DNA from: Rhodococcus sp. (in: high G+C Gram-positive bacteria)
GTDB taxonomy: Bacteria > Actinomycetota > Actinomycetes > Mycobacteriales > Mycobacteriaceae
Assembly: GCA_039206675.1 (NCBI GenBank)
Contig: JBCEBZ010000111.1
Location: forward strand, 756 to 64,755
DNA: 64,000 bases
Direction of reading: 5' to 3'
Under the pieces are notes generated by a model, which worked only from the letters and a program-made list of their open reading frames with translations, did not search any database and was not told the DNA's origin. The translations under genes were made by a program, and so were the position numbers. Positions 1 to 41,615 of this stretch are shown piece by piece (positions within the stretch are counted from its first letter, which is position 1; the number at the start of each line of letters is the position of its first letter).

Positions 1-404
1 ACGGGTCCACGCTGTCGGTGGTGATCGACGGCCGCCGCGAAACGTACCGCGTCGCCCAGACCGACGGGCACATCTGGCTCGCCGGGACCGACGGCACCAC
101 CATGCTGCGTGAGGTCCGCGAACTCAGTGTCCGCACCGGCGACGTCCACGCAGGCGAGGCGGAGATCACCAGCCCCATGCCCGGATCCGTCATCGCGGTC
201 GGCGCCGAGGCGGGCGCTCACGTCACCGCCGGCCAGACGCTCGTCGTCGTCGAGGCGATGAAGATGGAGCATTCGCTCACCGCGCCCGTCGACGGCGTCG
301 TCGACATCCTCGTCGCACCCGGTGACCAGGTGATGGTCGACCAACTGCTCGCCCGGGTCACCCCGCACACCGACACCACCGACACGAAAGAAGACGCGTC
401 ATGA
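1..404 (+). CDS. Biotin-dependent acyl-CoA carboxylase alpha subunit, C-terminal biotinyl (BCCP) domain; the 5' end lies outside the window
   Basis: The frame of ORF 18..404 stays open to the window edge. It contains the biotin attachment motif EAMKMEH in the usual context ([19 protein letters not shown]). Its stop overlaps the next start (ATGA, 401-404). The order carboxylase-alpha / FadE / MaoC / CitE matches the M. tuberculosis accA1-fadE19-Rv2499c-citE block as I recall it. Confidence 0.85.
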   Translation, partial: GSTLSVVIDGRRETYRVAQTDGHIWLAGTDGTTMLREVRELSVRTGDVHAGEAEITSPMPGSVIAVGAEAGAHVTAGQTLVVVEAMKMEHSLTAPVDGVVDILVAPGDQVMVDQLLARVTPHTDTTDTKEDAS

Positions 405-1561
405 CCGAATTCCTTGCCACCGGACAGCTTCCGGACGAGTACCAGCAGTTGGCGAAGACCGTCGCCGACTTCGCCAAGAACGTGGTGGCACCGGTCGCGG
501 CGGAACACGACGCCAACCACACGTTCCCGTACGAGGTGGTGTCGGGGATGGCCGACATGGGCCTGTTCGGTCTGCCGTTCCCCGAGGAGTACGGCGGAAT
601 GGGCGGTGATTACTTCGCCCTGTGCCTGGCACTCGAAGAACTCGGCAAGGTCGACCAGAGCGTCGCGATCACCCTCGAAGCGGGCGTCTCGCTGGGTGCG
701 ATGCCGATCTACCGGTTCGGCAACGAGGAGCAGAAGCAGGAGTGGCTGCCGCAGCTGACGAGCGGCAAGAGCCTGGCCGCGTTCGGGCTCACCGAACCGG
801 GTGCGGGCAGCGACGCCGGCGGCACGAAGACCACCGCGAAGTTCGACAGCGGCGAATGGATCATCAACGGCAACAAGCAGTTCATCACCAACTCCGGAAC
901 CGACATCACCACGCTCGTCACCGTCACCGCGGTCACCGGGACGAAGGACGGCAAGAAGGAGATCTCCACCATCCTCGTGCCGACGTCGACTCCGGGTTTC
1001 ACCGCCGAACCGGCGTACAACAAGGTCGGCTGGAACGCTTCCGACACGCATCCGCTGACATTCTCGGACGTGCGCGTTCCCGAGGAGAACCTGCTCGGTG
1101 AGCGTGGTCGCGGGTACGCGAACTTCCTGCGGATCCTCGACGAGGGCCGCATCGCCATCGCCGCGCTCAGCGTCGGCGCCGCCCAGGGATGCGTCGACGA
1201 GTCGATCAAGTACGCCAAGGAACGCGAGGCGTTCGGACGGCCCATCGGACACAACCAGGCCATCGCGTTCAAGATCGCCCGCATGGAGGCGCGTGCCCAC
1301 ACCGCCCGCACGGCGTACTACGACGCCGCCGCCCGGATGCTGTCGGGCAAGCCGTTCAAGAAGCAGGCCGCCATCGCCAAGCTCGTCGCCTCCGAGGCCG
1401 CGATGGACAACGCCCGGGACGCCACCCAGATCCACGGCGGCTACGGATTCATGAACGAGTACACCGTGGCTCGGCACTACCGCGACAGCAAGATCCTGGA
1501 GATCGGCGAGGGCACCACCGAGGTGCAGCTGATGCTGATCGCGCGGGAGGCGGGACTGTGA
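401..1561 (+). CDS. Acyl-CoA dehydrogenase (isovaleryl-CoA dehydrogenase / FadE19-like)
   Basis: 386-aa ORF with typical ACAD features: [10 protein letters not shown], a C-terminal [28 protein letters not shown], and the catalytic Glu in the EIGEGT context. It is coupled to both neighbours by 4-nt overlaps. Confidence 0.9.
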   Translation: MTEFLATGQLPDEYQQLAKTVADFAKNVVAPVAAEHDANHTFPYEVVSGMADMGLFGLPFPEEYGGMGGDYFALCLALEELGKVDQSVAITLEAGVSLGAMPIYRFGNEEQKQEWLPQLTSGKSLAAFGLTEPGAGSDAGGTKTTAKFDSGEWIINGNKQFITNSGTDITTLVTVTAVTGTKDGKKEISTILVPTSTPGFTAEPAYNKVGWNASDTHPLTFSDVRVPEENLLGERGRGYANFLRILDEGRIAIAALSVGAAQGCVDESIKYAKEREAFGRPIGHNQAIAFKIARMEARAHTARTAYYDAAARMLSGKPFKKQAAIAKLVASEAAMDNARDATQIHGGYGFMNEYTVARHYRDSKILEIGEGTTEVQLMLIAREAGL

Positions 1562-2043
1562 CCGAACCCGACTCCGTGACACGGATCGTCCAGCGCGGCC
1601 TGTGGTTCGAGGAGTTCGAGCTGGGCGCGGTGTACGAGCACCGTCCCGGCCGGACCGTCACCGAGGCCGACAACGTCCTGTTCACGACGCAGACGATGAA
1701 CACCCAGGCCCTGCACCTGGACGCGGCGTACAGCGAGGGCACGCAGTTCGGCGAGCGACTCGTCAATTCGATGTTCACCCTGTCCACGCTGGTCGGGCTG
1801 TCGGTGGCGCAGCTGACACAGGGGACCATCGTCGCGAACCTGGGATTCTCGGAGATCAGTTTCCCGAAGCCGCTGTTCCACGGGGACACGCTCTACGCGG
1901 AGACGAAGATCGCGGACAAGCGTGAATCGAAGAGTCGCCCCGGCGAGGGCATCGTCACGCTCGAGCACACCGGCCGCAATCAGAACGGTGACGTGGTGGC
2001 GATCGCGGTCCGCAAGACCCTCGTCCAGAAGAAGCCGTCGTGA
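1558..2043 (+). CDS. MaoC-family (R)-specific enoyl-CoA hydratase/dehydratase
   Basis: GTG at 1558 overlaps the upstream stop (GTGA). The 161-aa product has a hot-dog-fold MaoC signature (RTVTEADNVLFTTQTMNTQALHLD...GDTLYAE). The ORF-track start at 1189 is an out-of-frame extension across the upstream gene. Confidence 0.85.
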   Translation: MTEPDSVTRIVQRGLWFEEFELGAVYEHRPGRTVTEADNVLFTTQTMNTQALHLDAAYSEGTQFGERLVNSMFTLSTLVGLSVAQLTQGTIVANLGFSEISFPKPLFHGDTLYAETKIADKRESKSRPGEGIVTLEHTGRNQNGDVVAIAVRKTLVQKKPS

Positions 2044-2873
2044 GCTGGGAACTGCCCGGTCCCGCCTGGTTGTTCTGCCCGGCCGACCGGCCCGAGCGGT
2101 ATGCGAAAGCGGCCGCGGCCGCCGACGTCGTGATCCTCGACCTCGAGGACGGGGTGGCGCCGGGCGACAAGGAGGCGGCCCGGGTTGCCCTCATCGACAC
2201 GCCGCTGGATCCCGATCGCACCGTCGTGCGGGTCAACCCGGTCGGTACCGAAGACCACGAACGCGACCTGCTCGCGCTCGACGGCACCCGCTACACCCGG
2301 CTCATGCTGGCCAAGTGCGAGTCGGCCGACCAGGTGCTGTCGCTGGCTCCGCGCGAGGTGATCGCCCTGGTCGAGTCGCCGCTGGGTGCGCTCGCGGTCA
2401 CCGAGATCGCGTTGGCGGCCAGCACCATCGGTGTGATGTGGGGAGCCGAGGACCTCGTCGCCGCGATGGGCGGCAACTCCAGCCGCCGCGAAGACGGCAG
2501 CTACCGCGACGTCGCCACCCAGGTGCGGTCGTCGACGCTACTGGCGGCCAAGGGGTATCACCGGCTCGCGCTGGACTCCGTCTACCTCGACATCAAGGAC
2601 CTCGGTGGGTTGCGCGCCGAGGCGCTCGACGCCGTCGCCGTCGGATTCGACGTCAAGGTCGCCATCCATCCGAGCCAGGTGACGGTGATCCGCGAGGCGT
2701 ACGCGCCGTCCGACGAGGACGTCGACTGGGCGACCCGGGTTCTCGCCGCCGTCGCCGACCAGCGCGGGGTCTTCGCGTTCGAGGGGAAGATGGTGGACGC
2801 GCCGGTCCTGCGGCACGCCGAGGCGATCCTGCGCCGCTCGCAGGTCGGTTCGGCGGGGGACACGCCGGTCTGA
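2040..2873 (+). CDS. citE: CitE-like HpcH/HpaI-family acyl-CoA lyase (citryl-/HMG-CoA lyase-like beta subunit)
   Basis: 277 aa, with a GTG start overlapping the MaoC stop. The N-terminus PAWLFCPADRPERYAKA...DVVILDLEDGVAP and the later ESP.G motif are typical of CitE family proteins. Confidence 0.85.
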   Translation: MSWELPGPAWLFCPADRPERYAKAAAAADVVILDLEDGVAPGDKEAARVALIDTPLDPDRTVVRVNPVGTEDHERDLLALDGTRYTRLMLAKCESADQVLSLAPREVIALVESPLGALAVTEIALAASTIGVMWGAEDLVAAMGGNSSRREDGSYRDVATQVRSSTLLAAKGYHRLALDSVYLDIKDLGGLRAEALDAVAVGFDVKVAIHPSQVTVIREAYAPSDEDVDWATRVLAAVADQRGVFAFEGKMVDAPVLRHAEAILRRSQVGSAGDTPV

Positions 2874-2924
2874 CGTCGGCGGTAGGCGGCGAAAGAGCGC
2901 GGAAGGCTCGCGCTCTCGGGGAAG

Positions 2925-4874
2925 ATGGTGCCCATGACTGCCGATCCGCAATGGGTTCCCACCGAAACCGACGTGCGCGACGCGGTGATCACCGATTTCG
3001 CCGCGTTCGTCGCCCGGCGCCACAGTGTCACGGTCGACGACTACCGGTCGCTGTGGCGCTGGTCGGTGGCGGCGCCGGGGGAGTTCTGGCAGGACGTGTG
3101 GGACTACTTCGACGTCCGGTCCGCCACCGATCCCGGGCCCGCCCTCGCCGACGCCGCGATGCCGGGCGCCGTGTGGTTTCCGGGGGCGACGCTCAACTAC
3201 GTCGACCACGTCTTCCGGAACGCGCGCCCCGGCAGTCCGGCGATCCTGTACGCGGGTGAGGGTTCCACCGACGCCTCCCTCGGATGGGACGAGTTGCGTT
3301 CCGCGGTGGCGGGACTCGCCGCGACGCTCCGCGAGCACGGGGTCGGGGTCGGCGATCGCGTGGTCGGCTACCTTCCGAACATCCCCGAGGCGGTCGTCGC
3401 GTTCCTCGCGACGGCGTCGCTCGGCGCCGTGTGGGCCGCGTGCGGGCAGGACTATTCCGCGCCGGCCGCGCTTAATCGGCTGGGTCAACTGGAACCGGCG
3501 GCGCTGATCACCGCGGACGGGTACCGGTTCGGGGGCAAGGAACACGACCGGCTGGGGGCGGTGGCCGAGCTGCGCGCCGGGTTGTCGCCGGCCCTCACCG
3601 TGGTGGTGCCCCACCTCGACCCGGACGCCGCCGTCGACGGCACCGTCACCTGGGCGGAGGCCACCGCCGCGGGCGGCGCACTCGAGCCCGTTCCCGTCCC
3701 GTTCGACCACCCGTTGTGGGTGGTGTTCTCCTCGGGGACCACCGGCCTGCCGAAGGGCATCGTGCACGGTCACGGCGGCGTTCTCCTCGAACACGTGAAG
3801 TCGCTCGCGCTCCAGCTCGACATCGGCCGCGACGACATCCTCTTCTGGTACACCAGTCCCAGTTGGATGATGTGGAACTTCCAGACGGCGGGCCTGCTCG
3901 TGGGAGCCACGATCGTCTGCTACGACGGAAGTCCGTCCCATCCGACTCCGGACGCGTTGTGGGCCTTGGCGTCACGATTGGGTGTGACGGTGGCCGGAAC
4001 CAGTCCCGGCTACGTCCTCGCGTGCGACAAGGCGGGTGTGGTCCCCGTCCGCGACCACGATCTGAGCGCGCTCCGCGCGGTGGGGGTCACGGGATCGACG
4101 CTGCCGGCGGCCTCGTCGCTGTGGCTGTCCGAGAACGTCGGCCGCCATGTTCCCGTCGTGTCGATCACCGGTGGGACCGACGTGGTGTCCGCGTTCATCG
4201 GGGGAGCGCGCACCGTTCCGGTCTGGCCGGGGGAGCTGTCCGCCCCCTGCCTCGGGGTCGCCGTCGAGGCGTACGACGAGTCGGGACGGCCGGTGCGCGA
4301 CGAGGTGGGCGAACTCGTCGTCACCGCGCCGATGCCGTCCATGCCGGTGTCGTTCTGGAACGACCCGGACGGAAAGCGTTACCACGAAGCCTATTTCGAG
4401 GTATTCCCCGGAGTGTGGAGGCACGGTGACTGGATCACGATCACCGGCCGCGGGACCGTCCTCATGCACGGAAGGTCCGATTCGACGTTGAACCGCAATG
4501 GAATTCGCATGGGCAGCGCCGACATCTACCAGGTGGTGGAGAAGCTCCCGGAGGTCGCCGAGGCGCTCGTCGTCGGGGTCGATCAGGCGGACGGCGGATA
4601 CTGGATGCCGCTGTTCGTGGTCCTCTCGGAGGGTGCGGTACTCGACGACGGACTGAAGCAGCGGATCCGCGGCGCGATCCGGGAGCAGGCCTCTCCGCGG
4701 CACGTGCCCGACGACATCATCGAGGCGCCGGGGATCCCGCACACCCGTACCGGCAAGAAACTCGAGGTGCCGCTCAAGCGGATCTTCCAGGGTGCGGACG
4801 CGGGGCGGACGGTGGACCGCAGCGCGGTCGACGACCCCGGACTTCTCGACTGGTTCGCGCGGCACGGCCGCTGA
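2925..4874 (+). CDS. Acetoacetyl-CoA synthetase (acetoacetate--CoA ligase)
   Basis: 649 aa. It has the N-terminal region typical of acetoacetyl-CoA synthetases (YRSLWRWSV..PGEFWQDVWDYF), the AMP-binding core [14 protein letters not shown], and HGRSDSTLNRNGIRMG. The start could instead be the ATG at 2934, which has better spacing from GGGGAAG. Confidence 0.9.
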   Translation: MVPMTADPQWVPTETDVRDAVITDFAAFVARRHSVTVDDYRSLWRWSVAAPGEFWQDVWDYFDVRSATDPGPALADAAMPGAVWFPGATLNYVDHVFRNARPGSPAILYAGEGSTDASLGWDELRSAVAGLAATLREHGVGVGDRVVGYLPNIPEAVVAFLATASLGAVWAACGQDYSAPAALNRLGQLEPAALITADGYRFGGKEHDRLGAVAELRAGLSPALTVVVPHLDPDAAVDGTVTWAEATAAGGALEPVPVPFDHPLWVVFSSGTTGLPKGIVHGHGGVLLEHVKSLALQLDIGRDDILFWYTSPSWMMWNFQTAGLLVGATIVCYDGSPSHPTPDALWALASRLGVTVAGTSPGYVLACDKAGVVPVRDHDLSALRAVGVTGSTLPAASSLWLSENVGRHVPVVSITGGTDVVSAFIGGARTVPVWPGELSAPCLGVAVEAYDESGRPVRDEVGELVVTAPMPSMPVSFWNDPDGKRYHEAYFEVFPGVWRHGDWITITGRGTVLMHGRSDSTLNRNGIRMGSADIYQVVEKLPEVAEALVVGVDQADGGYWMPLFVVLSEGAVLDDGLKQRIRGAIREQASPRHVPDDIIEAPGIPHTRTGKKLEVPLKRIFQGADAGRTVDRSAVDDPGLLDWFARHGR

Positions 4875-6114
4875 GCAGCGACCCCGCAGATCTCAGTGTC
4901 CTTGGGGCGACAGCACTTAGGGGAGCCTTACTTTTGTTACCGACGGGTAGTGATCGTGGCTTCCGGTGATCGCACGACGGCGAATGTGACATATCTCCCG
5001 TCGGCTTCCGCGCGGTCGCGTCGCCGCAATTACGACTAATCGGACATCGGAAGCGTCGCGTCGCGAGAGGGCGTCTCAAATGCTGGGATGGGGTCGCGAT
5101 GTCGCCGCCCCGTCCCGCCCGCGCCGCGATGGCGCCCGCGCTTCCCGTGGCAGGTCAGCGGTCGATCTGCCACCATTCCGATGTGCGCATCGCGGTGGTC
5201 GGGCGTCCAGTTTTCCGCTCGTTGCCGAGGGGCGACGGACCTGGTCGGTTATTCCCTGCACGCAACCTCGGGTGTTTGCCGTTTTGAGACCTGCGCGGGG
5301 CTTTGGTAGACACGGTGGTTGGCAAAAACTGCGGTCACGGGGGGCAGTGGGTGTTCAACGCCGCGGTCGATCACCGGATCGGCCGCACCGTGCACGGAGA
5401 CAGTCGGGAGGCGGAACATGAAACTGGATACGACAGTTGTACACCTAGCGAAATTCCGACTCTCGGTACGGTATCCGCGTTCGGGTTGGACGCGACGCCC
5501 GGAATGTGGTTCTGCCTGTTGAATATGAGCGCGTCGAAGGTCGAATTCAGGCCTGGTTCTGGAAGTATCGAGGGTTGGGTACGTCACACCAGCGTCGGTA
5601 ACGGTACTGGATCTGACACCGATGTAATTCCCGGCGTTGCCGCGGAACCGTACGAACCGAGATCGTCACCACCGAGCGAGAGGAGGCCGAAGCGATGATC
5701 GCGACGATGTTTCGTTCCCTCACCAGCGCCGTAGACTCGGCTCTCGACTCGGAGGATGACGAGCACCGATTGGGTGGCCGCTTGTTGGATCGATGAGAGA
5801 ACGGAGCCACGTATGAACCCGCTCACCGCAAGTAGTTCGGGATGTAAGGGCCTTGGAGTGTTCAGCGTCGCAGGCAATCGGGTTTCGGACGATCGTCTGA
5901 CATCGACTCCGAGTGTGGTGGAACTCTTCGATCAGCGCAGGTCGTCCCGCGCTCGGCACGTCCCTGTTCCGCGAAAAGCTTCGAACCGGCAAGGCCCGTC
6001 CATGTGATGGCGTTCATCGGAAGACCGGCCCCCGGCGCAGTCCGCGGGACCGAGAGCTACGAATCACCAAAGACACAGGCGGCAGTCGCCACGCGTTCGA
6101 GAACGGAGTAACCC

Positions 6115-39930
<33,816 letters not shown>

Positions 39931-39939
39931 TCTCCGAGC

Positions 39940-39978
39940 GACCGTGGTGGGGAGGGTCCTCGCCTTCCCACCACGGTC
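39940..39978. terminator. Strong GC-rich hairpin between the convergent NRPS and sigma-factor genes (candidate bidirectional terminator)
   Basis: 39940-39955 (GACCGTGGTGGGGAGG) pairs with 39963-39978 (CCTTCCCACCACGGTC): 16 bp with one G-U and a 7-nt loop. It lies 10 nt after the NRPS stop and 5 nt before the sigma stop. There is no U-tract, which is common in actinobacteria. Confidence 0.6.
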
Positions 39979-39982
39979 CGCC

Positions 39983-40918
39983 TCAGCGGCTCACCGCCGT
40001 TTCCCTCTCGACCCGCGACAGTTTCTCGGGGTTGCGCACGATGTAGAGCCCGGTGATCAGGCCGTCGTCGATCCGTACGGCCACGACGTCGTCGATCTCC
40101 CCGTCGAGTCGGACGATCAGCGCGGGGGAGCCGTTCATCTGCACGGGTTCGACCGACACCTCGCCGCCGATCCGGGGCAGGCCGGCCGCCAGCAGACGTC
40201 CGACCTTGTCGGCCCCGACGATGGGTCGCAGCACGGCCTGCTTGACTCCGCCGCCGTCACCGAGGAGGACGACGTCCGGTGCGAGCTGATCGAGCAGGCT
40301 CTGCAGGTCGCCTGTCTCGAGCGCCCGTGTGAACGCGTCGAGCGCATTCCGGGACTCGGCCGGAGTGACGGCGCCCCGCGGCCGGCGCGCCGCGACGTGG
40401 GCCCGGGCCCGGTGCGCGATCTGACGGACGGCGTCGGTGCTCTTGTCGACGGCGGCCGCGATCTCCCCGTACTCCAGATCGAACACCTCACGCAGCACGA
40501 ACACCGCCCGCTCGGTCGGTGCGAGCGTCTCGAGCACCAGCATCATCGCCATCGAGACGCTGTCGGCCAACTCGACGTCCTCGGCCACGTCGGGCGCGGT
40601 CAGCAACGGTTCGGGTAGCCAGGGGCCGACATAGGACTCCCTGCGCCTGCCGAGCGTGCGCAGCCGGACCAGGGCCTGGCGGGTGGTGATCCGGACCAGG
40701 TACGCCCGCTGATTCCGCACCGTGCCCAGATCGACGCCCGCCCACCGCAGCCACGTCTCCTGGAGGACGTCCTCCGCGTCGGCGGCCGAGCCGAGCATCT
40801 CGTAGGCGACGGTGAACAGCAGATTGCGGTGGGTGACGAAGGCGTCGGTGGCGGGATCGGAACGGGCATCACCGGTTCCGCTGCGATCGCCGGGAGTGGT
40901 CTGCGACGTGCCTGCCAT
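39983..40918 (-). CDS. ECF sigma factor, group ECF41 (SigJ-like) with a fused SnoaL-like C-terminal regulatory domain
   Basis: Sigma-2/sigma-4 regions are present (LLFTVAYEMLGSAADAEDVLQETWLRW; ERAVFVLREVFDLEYGEIAAAVDKSTDAVRQIAHRAR). A ~100-aa extension carries the two ECF41 hallmark motifs as I recall them (DGGGxK: LGDGGGVKQ; NPDKL-like: NPEKL). The preferred start is the ATG at 40918, 7 nt after AGGAG. The ORF-track start at 40984 adds 22 implausible residues. Confidence 0.85.
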   Translation of the reverse strand: MAGTSQTTPGDRSGTGDARSDPATDAFVTHRNLLFTVAYEMLGSAADAEDVLQETWLRWAGVDLGTVRNQRAYLVRITTRQALVRLRTLGRRRESYVGPWLPEPLLTAPDVAEDVELADSVSMAMMLVLETLAPTERAVFVLREVFDLEYGEIAAAVDKSTDAVRQIAHRARAHVAARRPRGAVTPAESRNALDAFTRALETGDLQSLLDQLAPDVVLLGDGGGVKQAVLRPIVGADKVGRLLAAGLPRIGGEVSVEPVQMNGSPALIVRLDGEIDDVVAVRIDDGLITGLYIVRNPEKLSRVERETAVSR

Positions 40919-40956
40919 GGGTGGCTCCTGTTCGTTCTCGACGGTGTCACACACCA

Positions 40957-40983
40957 GACACCGCGACCCGCTGTTTTGTGACA
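40957..40983 (-). promoter_or_regulatory. ECF41-type promoter candidate upstream of the sigma gene (TGTCACA-N16-TGTC on the minus strand)
   Basis: The plus-strand TGTGACA at 40977-40983 reads TGTCACA on the minus strand. Sixteen nt downstream on that strand lies TGTC (40957-40960). The ECF41 consensus as I recall it is TGTCACA-N16-CGTC. The start codon is about 40 nt further on. Confidence 0.4.
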
Positions 40984-41006
40984 ACTGACAACCGGACGGG
41001 AGCGAC

Positions 41007-41033
41007 TGTCACAGAAATCGGGCGGCCGGCATC
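41007..41033 (+). promoter_or_regulatory. ECF41-type promoter candidate upstream of the CMD gene (TGTCACA-N16-CATC)
   Basis: TGTCACA at 41007-41013, a 16-nt spacer, then CATC at 41030-41033. The CMD start codon is at 41082, preceded by GAGGA. Confidence 0.45.
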
Positions 41034-41081
41034 TCATGTTCGTTCAGTGCAGCACACGACACCACGAGTGAGGACGAAGTC

Positions 41082-41567
41082 ATGGACGCTCGATTCAATC
41101 TGTTCGCCAACGAGATCGCCCTGAAGTTCGGCAAGCGGTTCGCCAACGCCGCCCAGGCAATCGACCAGTCGCCGCTGCCGAGGACTACCCGGACACTGGT
41201 CGAGATCCGGGCCAGCCAGATCAACGGCTGCGGCTTCTGTACCGACATGCACACGAAGGATGCCGCGGCCGCCGGCGAAACCCCGGTGCGGCTCAACCTG
41301 GTCGCCGCCTGGCGCGAGGCCACCGTGTTCACCGAGGCGGAGCGGGCGGCGCTCGCTCTCGCCGAGGAGGGAACCCGGCTCGCCGACGCTCACCACGGCG
41401 TTTCCGAGGACACCTGGGACCAGGTGCGGGGGCACTACGACGACGACCAGATCGCCGCCCTGGTCTGCCTGGTCGCCCTGATCAACGCCGCCAACCGGAT
41501 CAACGTGATCGTGCGCAACCCGGCGGGAACCTACGAGCCCGGCATGTTCGCGAGCATGACGAGCTGA
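41082..41567 (+). CDS. Carboxymuconolactone decarboxylase-family (AhpD-like) protein
   Basis: 161 aa with the AhpD/CMD CxxC-type motif in context (RASQINGCGFCTDMHTKDA) and the usual helical repeat. CMD genes are the classic conserved neighbours of ECF41 sigma factors. Confidence 0.85.
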   Translation: MDARFNLFANEIALKFGKRFANAAQAIDQSPLPRTTRTLVEIRASQINGCGFCTDMHTKDAAAAGETPVRLNLVAAWREATVFTEAERAALALAEEGTRLADAHHGVSEDTWDQVRGHYDDDQIAALVCLVALINAANRINVIVRNPAGTYEPGMFASMTS

Positions 41568-41577
41568 CCGGAAGGGG

Positions 41578-41595
41578 TCGTGGGCGAGCCCACGA
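41578..41595. terminator. Short GC hairpin between the convergent CMD and N-oxygenase genes
   Basis: TCGTGGG-cgag-CCCACGA: a 7-bp stem and a 4-nt loop, located between stop codons at 41565-41567 and 41616-41618. Confidence 0.3.
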
Positions 41596-41615
41596 GAGCC
41601 GACTTCCCCGCGGAG

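Noticed and set aside
218-1582. A 454-aa minus-strand ORF across the acyl-CoA dehydrogenase, and a 755-aa minus ORF at 54226-56493 across fadD/yrbEA.
   Set aside because: Both are antisense artefacts of high-GC coding sequence. The plus-strand genes have strong family motifs.
4985-4991. A TGTGACA heptamer (ECF41 -35 element in minus orientation) in the spacer upstream of the NRPS.
   Set aside because: It is a single copy facing away from the NRPS, with no CGTC-like box 16 nt downstream on that strand. The chance expectation for one hit in 1.2 kb on both strands is not negligible (about 0.15).
5303-5698. Short ORFs inside the 4875-6114 spacer (e.g. 131 aa at 5303-5698, 112 aa at 5249-5587 minus, 83 aa at 5756-6007). 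I checked them in particular for an MbtH-like protein or a carrier protein.
   Set aside because: None has an MbtH signature (no NPFDD/SLWP-type pattern) or a carrier-protein GGxS motif. They overlap each other on both strands, lack convincing RBS/start context and have atypical composition. They are left unannotated, and the region as a whole is flagged in the findings.
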